Shown here: positions 50,701 through 61,152 of the stretch, piece by piece | Numbering within the stretch: position 1 is the first letter of the stretch | Layout: every line of letters begins with the position of its first letter | NCBI RefSeq assembly: GCF_910592395.1 | Contig: NC_088308.1 | Location: 2,232,001 to 2,296,000, forward strand | DNA: 64,000 nt | Reading direction: 5' to 3' | Source of the DNA: Lineus longissimus | Taxonomy: Eukaryota | Translations under genes and position numbers: made by a program | The notes under the pieces: generated by a model | What the model was told of the DNA's origin: nothing | Database searches by the model: none | What the model saw: only the letters and a program-made list of their open reading frames with translations

Positions 50701-52196
50701 ATTTGGGCAGACTGACAAACAAGACGTTACCATAGGCACTGAAGATTTTCTTCAACATTTCGTGGTCTGCATGAGGCGGGAGGCACTCCTGAAATTAAAT
50801 GTCCTTCTGTAAACAAGGAAATGCTAACAAGCATTTTATTTTTCGTGATTTATGTATTTAATGCACTGTAAAACGCAAACTCAAAAAGCATGAAAATTTC
50901 AACTCTTAATCATTAACCATTAAATTTCAGCAGCAATATTTGACCTGGTAGGCCTAATTCAGATGACTGGCAGTTAACAAAATTCTGAAGGATTAACTTA
51001 CGACATAAATGGTCCTATCATCAACATCAGTCTTCTCCCGAGGCTTGAAGGGAATTTTTCTTTGTACAGATTTTTCATTTACCTAAAGAAACAGAATCTC
51101 ATTATGTGGTCATGGCCTGTCATGGAAAGCTCAAGAAGCAAATGCCTCAACTACTTTGGTGTTTCTGATAGTGATAGGTCAAATAAGCTGGTAGTGCTCT
51201 ACCCCTTTTTTACAGTCCAAGTGCTTAAAAAACCTTTAAAATAACATCAACTGTCAAATTATCTAAGACACTTTTCATAATTGACAAAGCAGTACCTGGA
51301 TGTACTGCGAAGACACAAAGTAAAGTTCTACAAAATCTAAAGCAGTAAAGATACTCCAGTACTTTAGGACAAAATCTCACCTCCAATAATCTGGATTTCC
51401 TGAGTGCTTTTGCCAACATTTCTTCATCGGTGCACAGAGACTTTATCCTGTTGAATTTCATGAAAACATCGAGTCCAATCTCTGCAAGATACACAAAAAA
51501 AGTTGCCTTCTAAGAATACAGCTAAAGGCAACCTCCAAAGGCATTATAAGACAGTTTTGGTTGATGGACACAGCAAAGCAAACTGCAATCTCTTGCTGAG
51601 AAGAAAGTTTTCTAAATGCATCAACTGCAACCTAGGACAGATACTTCATGAATTCATCCAAAGGGAAATTTCGACAAGGCTATAGCTCTAATCTTACTAC
51701 AAATTGATAAGTTACCAGTGTTTCATTATTGTATTCGAATACCTACTGCCCGATTCAGACTCCGCAACCAGTTTGGTCATGAATCTGTCCTTGTTGAGAT
51801 TTGCATCGCTGAAGTAGAACTCCATCTGAAAAATGTTTAATATCAATGACATTTTCTGATTGACAACATTTTAGAATGTCACAATCAAAGACACTGGAGA
51901 TAATCTCGGGAAAGGAGACACAAACATTTCAGCTGATATCAGTGTGATCAGACTTAACTTTGAAGGACATATTATTATTATCATTCAATGTAACTGCCTG
52001 AGAGAACTGTTGCACTTGTAGTTTTCTTCTACCTTTACTCAGGACTCAGACAGTTTTTAAATGCAGCCTTTTTATGAGGTCTACATTATTTACAGTTACA
52101 CACCTGTTGTTGCACCTGAGCAAACAATTTTTTGAAGCGTTTTCTAGGCTTCTTAACATTGGGCAATTCCTCTGCTTGCTGATTGGTCTCCATCAT
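47795..52196 (-). CDS. LARP7: La-related protein 7 (7SK snRNP component / U6 methylation adaptor), 592 aa
   Basis: Eleven GT-AG exons join in frame: 52196-52104, 51825-51747, 51481-51381, 51082-51002, 50788-50624, 50392-50287, 50003-49370, 49122-48912, 48677-48536, 48289-48198, 47869-47795. La motif QMEFYFSDANLNKDRF; RRM1 RTIYVECLP...LPKYKSSGDLKNFAFIEFE; linker RVLTKKQWLDLKKEYLNLQK; xRRM AYVD...GHIRC...YWEKITADR...KKRG; C-terminus KHVFFDDD. Acceptor at 52208-52210 implies an upstream 5' UTR exon; AATAAA on the minus strand at 47337-47332. Confidence 0.96.
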
Positions 52197-53011
52197 CTTC
52201 GAACCACCTGAAACAGTGAAAGATATTACAAAATGTTACCCTACTCGAGTCTGAATCTTGGTGACAATGAATGGGTGGCTGGATCAACCGAAAATCATGA
52301 TTTTGGCCAACAGCAACATCACATTCCATCTTCCTCTTAGCATATATATAGGATTGTATCAATAGGGCGACCTCTCATGCATCAAACACGGGCCAGCACT
52401 CAGCAGCACAAGATAACCATAATTGTCTCCACCTATCAGCATGACACTGCAAAATAGACATGCGTGTTGCTGAGACAGTCAGACAACAAGGACATTATTT
52501 TCTTAAAGAATCTTTCATTGATTGATCATCAATGGCATCATGGTCATGGTGAATGTCTGATCTCTGATCTGAATCTGATGAAGTTGTGTTTATCTTTTCA
52601 GCATAAAAACACTGAAATAAAGCAACATTAGCTATTGTCATTCATTTTGAATAAGAACTTTATGAAAATTAACCTTTCTGACTGTTGTCAATAGTACTAA
52701 TCAGTTGTAAACAGTGGAAAATTGAAGACAGAAGGGACAATGCAAATGAGCTTGAAGGGACTTATCAGGAATAATTTCAGTTCCTCTTAATTCCAGTAGA
52801 GGGCACTGCTAATTACGCCAAGCATTTTAGTCAAACACCTTCTGATTGGATCAATTCTACGAGCTACTAGATCGTGGCGAATCAGAGACTTTGATACAAA
52901 GTTGCTAAGGCCTTCGTTTAAACATGGCGGACGACTGACAAAATTTTCCAAATTTTTGTGCATTTTCCACCCTTTTTCTCTTCTCATTGCCTCTGAAGTA
53001 CAAAATCAGCA
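52197..53011. promoter_or_regulatory. Bidirectional promoter / 5' UTR region between LARP7 and the DHHC gene
   Basis: Divergent start codons are only 815 bp apart; YY1-type motif AACATGGCGG at 52921-52930. Confidence 0.7.
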
Positions 53012-56000
53012 ATGAGTCACGGTCATTCGCACGGCAGTGGTGCTGGTGAATGTGGACATAGTCATGGTGGTCACAGCCACGGTGGCCATAGCCATGATGA
53101 TGGACAGCAAAATATGCAGCAGCTTGATGGCATTGAAATTTCCCATGCTCAACTTGCTGCAGCAGCGAAGGCAAATGCTGCAATGTCAATGTTGCAAGGA
53201 CAGGGTTTTGGGAACTTTGGAACTGTGCATGAAGCCGTGTCTAATGCCCTCCCTCAAGACTTTGCAAAAATGCTTATGATGAACCCAGATTCAGTGAATG
53301 CTCGAGGTACGTAGACTGTGGTGTAAGGCCAAGGCGGCATGTAGTCACAAATAACGACATGCTACAGTATCACCACACCACTATATGGTTTGTATGTTAG
53401 ATTTGCATGGATGACTGACTTGACATATGGGCTTGATAAATGTTTGCTGCGGCAATCTAGTGGGGTGGGCATTGCCAAGAATGTCAGCGTAGCTGTCAGG
53501 TGCGTGTTGACACTGAATGATGATACCATATCTCTTTGACTTTGACAGTCATACTATCATTTTAGCATTAATGTTGTCTTCTCTCAAAGTTCAAGCGAAC
53601 AGATCATTTGTCTTCAAAAATCTTATACTCAATACACTACATTTCAGGTTGGTCTGGGCTGACCCCTATGCACCGAGCTGCTATCAGAGGAGAGCCACCA
53701 ATCATCAACATACTCTGCCACATGGGTGCTGACATAAATGCTCGCAATGACTTTGAAGAAACACCCCTGATGTTTGCCTGTCGTGCAGGAAAAGTTCATA
53801 TTGTCCATTTCCTGTTGGATCTGGGTGCTGATTTGACGATGGTTGACAAAGCGGGCAAAGGAGCCATGCTCCATGCCTGCATGGGGGGAAGTGTGTATGT
53901 ATACTGCTTTATTTGATCTAGATCAAATATGCTACCTGCAGGGAGGCAAATCCACTGCCACTTTTTAAAATATAACTAAGTTAACATTAATTTAGTAAAA
54001 CTCTCCCAAAATAGGACAACCCTCGGGCTATTGTGCCTCCATTTTGAATATTCACACCTCTGACGATATCTTCTGCTTAGAGTCTTCTAGGAGGCATTGT
54101 CCAATTCATCTGAAAAGCTAACATCCACTGAACAGAACTGGTCCTTGGCAGTGGAGATTGCTATTCGAGATGCTATACACCCACATTCTCGATCATTATC
54201 AGTCATGATTAATTTCGTTCTAAATTTCAGACCTGTGATCCATTACCTCCATGAAGTACGAGGCATCCCTTTCAATGTTCACTCTGAACAGGAGGAATAC
54301 CCAGTTCACCTGCTTGCCCAGCATGGCCATGTCGATGCATTTAGTTATATCTTGAGGAAAGAGGTAAAATATATAACAAAAATGTCTCGAAGTGATCTTG
54401 TATCCCAACCTATTGGTTGTGACTTTGTCCTTCTGGTTGTTACTTTGTCCTCATAAGACGAATTCAGGCTTTCTTGTCTTGCAGTCTGTCACTAGGGTTT
54501 TTTTTAAAGGGTTTATCATTAGCATTGACTTCTTTTTCAGAGGTGTGACATCTTCCAAAATGATAAGAGTAATAATAGCGTGATGCATCATGCGGTGAAA
54601 GGAGGCCGAGATGACATCTGTTGGGCATTGTTGGAAAAGGGTGGTTGTCGTATGTTACACATGAGAAACGATAAGGGATTGTGCCCTCTAGATGAAGAAA
54701 AGGAAGCAAAACCAGACTTCACGTAAGTCAAAATGATAACCTATTGTTTCAGTTACAATGATTTAATTGGTACTTGATTTAAAAACATGCATTTGCACCT
54801 ACAGCCACAGTATAAAAGGCCATCCAAACTTGATCAAGCCTACAATGCTGACCAGATGATTTCAGGGATCATGCCAAATGTTTTAATTGTTCTGTACTTC
54901 TTTTTCAGGCATCAGCAACTAGTCAAGAAATTGAAGCCATACACTGAGATGGACAAAACTTATCGTCCCCGAGCACCAGTTCTCTGGTGGTACTGGTCCC
55001 TGATCATGCCATTCACAATGATCGCTGGCCTCGTCATGTTGGCCAGAATGTTAGGCATCAACCAAGGGCTCATCATGTTCTTGGGAGTGCTGGTGTTGGG
55101 CTATAAGGTGTGGATGGCTGGTCACAGGCTGCCCCATCTATCAAGGTATGATATGAAAGTGCTGCACTTTTGACTCAAGCCACACCAAAAGGTTGAAATA
55201 GACCGATTTTGATTTTACTGAGACAAAAATACAGTTTGTAGTATTCTTGTTTTTTGGACAAACTGTGTATTTATTTTGGTTTCTTCTGCCTTTCAGAGTT
55301 GCCAATCCCACATATCTAGGACTGTACTTTGGAGGGCAGCTTCACATGGCTATATGTATATTTTCTGAACTGGTTCCTGGTATCCTTTTGAAACAAGAAG
55401 AGTGAAAAAGGGATTATTTTTAACATCATTTTAGTACCGATTACATCTTTATTTAAAAACTACTAGAATGTGGACACACTTTGGACTGACAATTGCCAAG
55501 CAGAGGTGTCCTGAAAATTGCTGTCAAATTGAATGTAATCGGCGAGTTCCATCCACAGAAGAGATTCTTTCCCGCTTACAGGGTGGTCCCACTGCTTGCT
55601 GAAAACTTCAAATGAAAACAATCTTGTAAACAGTTCAGCATTCCTTGACGTTCCCGCAGCTACATACCGTTCACATGGTGGCGTGTTTTGGGCTACTGTT
55701 GCTCTTGTACCCATTTATATCTATCTTGTTGGGAAGATGATCATCTCTGACCCAGGTGAGAAGGTTTCTGTTGCCCTCTCTGTGGTCACTGTTGTGATCG
55801 TTAGTTTTTGGGAGCCAGTTGGGGTTTTTGGCTTTGTCACGTGATCATCTCTAAATCAAATCCTAAGTTTGGTTCTTGACACTTGCAGGAAGAGTAAGAG
55901 AATCAGTCAAGAAAGAGGGAACTGGTGAAAGAGCCTCCATCCGCGATGTTGCCATGGGAATAGTGAGACTGGATCGATTCTGTATTCATTGTGAAGTAAG

Positions 56001-56739
56001 TAATTATCTGACAGCTATCTAAGATGTCCGCTGAAATATCTAGGAGTATTTCCTAAGTAAAAAATGACCCCAACAACCGAACCTTATCAAGGTTTCACTT
56101 GATTTTTTGCTGACTAGGAGTAACAATCCCCAAATTGGTGAATGAGGTTATTTCTTGTGCTCTGAGCAGGGCGACCAGGAAAGGCACGTTACAAATATTT
56201 TACATGTACTTTATTATCAAATATCAATATTTTTGATTCTCTTCCAGATCATACAGCCGGCCAAAACGAAGCACTGTAAACTCTGTAACTACTGCATCCA
56301 AGGTGCAGACCATCACTGTCTCTTCATGATGAAATGCATCGGCCGAAACAACCACTGTCACTTTGTCTATTTCATATTATTCTCAATCGTCTCTGCAGTA
56401 ATGTTTTACGTAAATGTCTCCTTGTATGCCTGGAAGGTTTTCCCCGATAAAGATCTGTTCACGTCGATCTTGCTACTTTTTGACTCTGACGCCATGATAG
56501 CTTGTAGTATTTTTCTTGCCGCCTGTTGTCTAGGTGTTGGTATTTATGTACTATATTACCAGTACGAAACGGTCTCTAAGGGTGAGACATGGATATTTTT
56601 CTCAAAAGCGCCTGTGCATGGTTTGACGGGTGCAGAACAGTTTCTGAACATCGTTTATTTCTTGGCGGGAAAGCATGCGTATAAAACAGATCCGTTCTAC
56701 GACATTGAAAGCTCCCCTTCTGATCCGACAGATTACTAG
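53012..56739 (+). CDS. Ankyrin-repeat DHHC palmitoyltransferase (ZDHHC13/17/AKR1-like architecture), 623 aa
   Basis: Nine exons join in frame: 53012-53306, 53648-53894, 54231-54363, 54541-54722, 54909-55145, 55297-55379, 55660-55755, 55889-55995, 56248-56739. About 6 ankyrin repeats (GLTPMHRAAIRG, ETPLMFACRAG...), four TM segments, DPG motif, cysteine-rich domain FCIHCE-IIQPAKTKHCKLCNYCIQGADHHCLFMMKCIGRNNH, then two more TMs. Confidence 0.93.
55380..55659 (+). other. U12-type (minor spliceosome) GT-AG intron
   Basis: 5' site GTATCCTTT (55380); branch site TTCCTTGAC (55641-55649) just upstream of CAG (55657-55659); removal restores the frame (G|CT = Ala). Confidence 0.92.
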
Positions 56740-57624
56740 TCCTGCAAGTGCCACAGGTTAAAATTGTTATCTTTTATATGATGTAAGAAAATACTAATTC
56801 TGTATTCATAGAAAATGTACATACATGTCCATGTATTTATTGTAGTTACATGTACAGTATTGCTACTCTGGTCACCATACAGCGAACACTCGTGTGAATT
56901 GGCTGGATTCCATCCGTGGTTTGCCCAAAATCCTTGGATTGAGAGTCACACTCCTGTAAAACCAGTTAAAATTGTTTAATAAATGATTATTGAAATAGCT
57001 TGCAGTGAGAGGAGCTTGAATTATTTTGCAATTTTGTGTTGAATTGTCTTTTTATACTTTGTTTACAAGCAATCTTTTGAAAAAAGAGGGTGTTTTGTGG
57101 CTTTTGGCATCTTTATTCTTTAAAGTTCTCTTTAATACAAAGTGTGCATGTTCGTGATGTAAATGGACAGAGGGTCTTTAATCTGCTTCTTTCATAGCCG
57201 AGTCGCTTTCCTCTCAAAAGTCGTGACATATTCAGTTTACTCATGTGATAGAGAGGGCAACTCCTGTCAACATGGTAGGTTTCCTCCTACTTCACATTAC
57301 AAAATCATCCAATGTTGTTCACAGAGCCAAGAATGTCTTTGCATGCCAAACGTTCTGAGGATCTCGGTGCCAGTTAAATTAACTATATATATATTCTTTT
57401 TGAGGTTTTGTTATCACTTTTTATGGAATTCACGTTTGTCGGAGATCGCTTATCATGGTGGTATAAGGCTTGCTTCAGTGAGCCTTTTTTGTAAACTTGT
57501 AGTTAAACCTCTCGTATGCAATGAGAATAAATTTTATATGAAAGAATATCTTTGTTATAGTTTTTTTTCCACACGTTTTGCGGGCTTGACTGCCTGGACA
57601 CAGTCTTACAAATGAATTCCTCAT

Positions 57625-58520
57625 CCTTCAAGAATTCAGTAGCATTGGCACATGTACAACATGTAACAGATCTGATGCTTTCTTTGTCATTGCTTGGACA
57701 TGCCAAGCAGGATGACAAGAGTTAATATTGTGTCTCATCCTGGATTGTGTGTGTCTCTAGATTGTGACTTCATGACGCTGTGGTGTCACCACCTTGATTG
57801 AAGGATTCAGCAGCATTTGTAACACAGGACAGATTATAACTATCTCTTGAGATTGTGCTTGGACACGTCGGAGCAGGATGCCACGGGTTACTTTTGTGAA
57901 GTCACATCCAGGATTGTGTCTTTTGCTAGATTAAGACTTCATGTCACTATGGTGTCTCCTACCTGTTCGAAGGATTTGCCAGCATTCCTTGATAAGGATG
58001 CATAAAGAAGGAATGGTTCCCCCTGCTGAGCAACATTGCACCAGATGTTGAGATAAACTACGTTCCTGGCCAGGCAGGCATCACCTTCAACGAAAAGGCT
58101 GACAAACTAGCAGGCAGTGCCGATATCTTTGGGGACCTGGACCCATAGCCAAGGAACGTCAGCAACTGCTTGCAGAGCCGGCTACACCAGGTGGAGTTAG
58201 ACTCAAGATCCACATGGTCTCCAGAAAGGATGCTGGAGAGGGGAACAGAGAGAAGACTGTGCCAATAGTGTCACCTGAGAGGGACCCATAGACAGCCACA
58301 CAACTGAAGACAAGAGACATGACACAGAGGGGACTGGTGGCGCTGATGGACTTGTTGGAGGGAGAAGGGCCAGTGAGTTATCCAGAGCCTTCACTCCTCT
58401 GATGTCTAGACAACACAACACAACAGCATTCGTAACGCAGGACAGATTACAACATTCTCTTGAGATTGTGCTGGGACAGAAGCCAGAGCAAGAAGGCCAG
58501 TTACATTTGAGGTGTCTCCC
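57625..58520. repeat. Diverged ~165-bp tandem repeat (about 2.5-3 units) interrupted by a LINE
   Basis: GCT(T/G)GGACA at 57692, 57857 and 58470; CAGGACAGATTA(T/C)AAC...TCTCTTGAGATTGTG appears twice. Third spacing is 169 bp once the 444-bp insertion plus TSD is removed. Confidence 0.8.
57988..58423 (+). mobile_element. 5'-truncated non-LTR retrotransposon (RNase H-containing, I/Ingi/Nimb-like)
   Basis: Encodes INYVPGQAGITFNEKADKLAG (RNase H C-terminal motif W.PGH.G..GNE.AD.LA) from about 58053, with in-frame stops; final TGA at 58400-58402; (CAACA)n tail at 58411-58423; 8-bp TSD CAGCATTC at 57980-57987 and 58424-58431. Confidence 0.88.
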
Positions 58521-58809
58521 CTCACTGTGAAAGCATTCTTGTACTGTATTCGAAGATGTCACTAGGTCACCGTAATCAAGTCTCAAAGGCAAGTTGGAGC
58601 TAATCTTAAACTCACTGATGTTACTTACTGTCTTCAGACAGGGACTCTCTCCAAATAAGACCATCTAAATGGGCTCAAGCCTCTATGAAGGCTGCCTTCT
58701 TCCTGAGGATTAGATCTATGGAGATCATGGATGCACATTTTCCATTTGGGTGGAATCACCACCATCCCAACTGAACAGAACACCACACTTTCTAGGTTTG
58801 AATATTAAA

Positions 58810-58847
58810 TTTATTGTAAATATATGTCAGTAAAATGCCGATTTATT
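58810..58847 (-). terminator. Candidate poly(A) signals of the USP gene (3' UTR about 2.3 kb)
   Basis: AATAAA on the minus strand at 58847-58842 and 58815-58810 in an AT-rich stretch downstream of the USP stop. Confidence 0.45.
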
Positions 58848-61152
58848 CATATTTATAATTACTTTGTACAATAACAATTATTCAATACCAATTACTATAG
58901 GACAGGCTGCACCAAGTGGAGGTGACAATTTCAACAAATGACAAAATTTCACTCCCGATTCGGGCGAAAAGAGAAAGAGCATCACTTTTGTTCAACATAT
59001 ACATGAAGTTCAGAACCAAGAAAACTTTAAATTGATTGGCTGATGTCAGTTTTTTTGCTTTAATATTTAGGACAATTCATAATATTAACCCTTTACCCTT
59101 TTTTTCTCTCTAAATATCAGTTCCTGGCACAATCATTTTGACAAGTTGCAAACAACGGACTTTAGAAATATGTTGTATTACACATTCTCACACTTAATGC
59201 CAAAACTATTTGATTACCAAAAGTGAGCAACAGAGCAACAGTTCGAAGTCTTGCACCGACACAAAGCATGCTTCCCTTCACCATGTTAATTTACTGCTTA
59301 CAGTCTTGGACAAATATTACATAACTAAAGTATCAAATTGGTATACATGTATTTAACCAACATTTCTTAATTGTGATCCAAAGGTATTTGGCACAACAAT
59401 TATCAAATATGTAAACCGGTGGGGCCCACTACCTCTCCTTTTCTGTCAGCCCCCCCCCCCCCCCAACACACACAAAGAGGAGGTTCTTCACCCTTTACTA
59501 TCCAACTTTCTAAATTGATTTAGCCTCAGAGATACATGGACGAAACTTTCACAAATACAACACAATATGGAGTTACTGAATGGAATGCACTAGCTGCTGT
59601 GTTGCTGTACATAGGGTGCTGAAGATACTCATCAGAAAGTGTACACCGAGAGTTTACAGACTGTTTGTGTACACTTTCCAATGCAGCTCTGCACTGCTCT
59701 CTATAAACTCTGTATCTACATTTTGGCCCGCAAGGCCATAACTCCTGCTGTAATTAATGATATTCTCTAACATTAACTTTTGATTGCCATCAACGATTTT
59801 TTTAACAGATATATCAGAACGGAGTTAGTTTTTTAGCTACTTCTTCAATACTGGTCTCTCTGGAGACAAAGGTGAACCCTCCATGGACTGAACCCATATT
59901 GGGTATTTACAGCTACACTTTCTACAGGACGTTATTCTGAACCCTGATATTCTCATCTACGTCTGCCTATGGAAAAATCTGGTATAAATATAATACACTT
60001 TTTATAAGCAAACCAAAACAATACACTACAGGCAGTGCTTGTGGACCACAAAATCCTGAAAAATCAGTCAGGAGTCATCTTACAGTGGAGTCAATGCCAA
60101 AACATTGGACCAAATTTGATAGTTCTTCAACAGTGTATAGATGGCTTCAGTTTCTCCTTCTTTATACTGAACATCCACACATTTCATTTGGCGATGCGTA
60201 CCCCATCCCATTCAAAAAATCAAAACCGAACCAAAAAAATATTTTTACACTAGCATTTAATGCTTATTGATTGCATCAATGAAAACTATGGCAGATTTAA
60301 ATTTGTAAATGAAGTTTAACTATGCAAAAGTCTTGATTTCCAAAATATTGCAGCAATTTTTTTTCTCTCACATTTGTGTGATGCTTTCAATTTGATTAGT
60401 TCATGACGGCACAAGTTGTTTGCAGAACAAAGAAGCACAAAGGTTAGATATCTATCGACTGCTTATAATGAAGAACAATCACACCAGTACCAAAGCAAGT
60501 TACAAATCGTTCCTCCCAACTAACAATTATCAGCTTTTTTCACATAAGATGAGGACACAAAATGTTTATGTTGCATTAGCAACCAAATTTCCAGAATAAA
60601 CAGTAATTGAGTATAGAACTAATAAACCTTTTGAAACCATATTTTTATATAGAAGTACATTAAATGTACATATATCACGTACATCAACATCTATCTGTAC
60701 TCTGTACATCACTCGTCTTTTTATATACATATATACACAATACATCATCGGAGAGAATCAAGCTTCTACAGCACATATTTAGCAGAATTGTATCCTTAAC
60801 AGAGGTGATCGTCAAATTCTTGGGGTTTTTAAGCTTAAAGCAAAGCAAGTGTCCCAAAGGTAAAGCAAACAGGGCTCCCAATGGATGAAACAGCAGAAGT
60901 AGGATTTAGCAACACTGCCCTCTATACTCGGGCTCTCCAACTGTTTCAAAAAGAGATAACATCAAAATGGCACAACCTTTCTGGATATCTGAGGGTGTGT
61001 AGACCTGGGCCAAGTTGCCCAATCAGCATTTAAGAAACGAACAGCACAAGCTAAACTATACGTTTAATCTCCATCAGTAAGTATTACATTTACAATAGTA
61101 ACGTAAGGACTTCAAGCCAACGTTTGAGCAATCGGGCCTGGCTGTTCTGCAT

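Noticed and set aside
59615..59650. GGTG-CTGAAGA...GAAA-GTG-TA-CACC hammerhead-like arrangement
   Set aside because: Stem II cannot form and stem III has a single pair.
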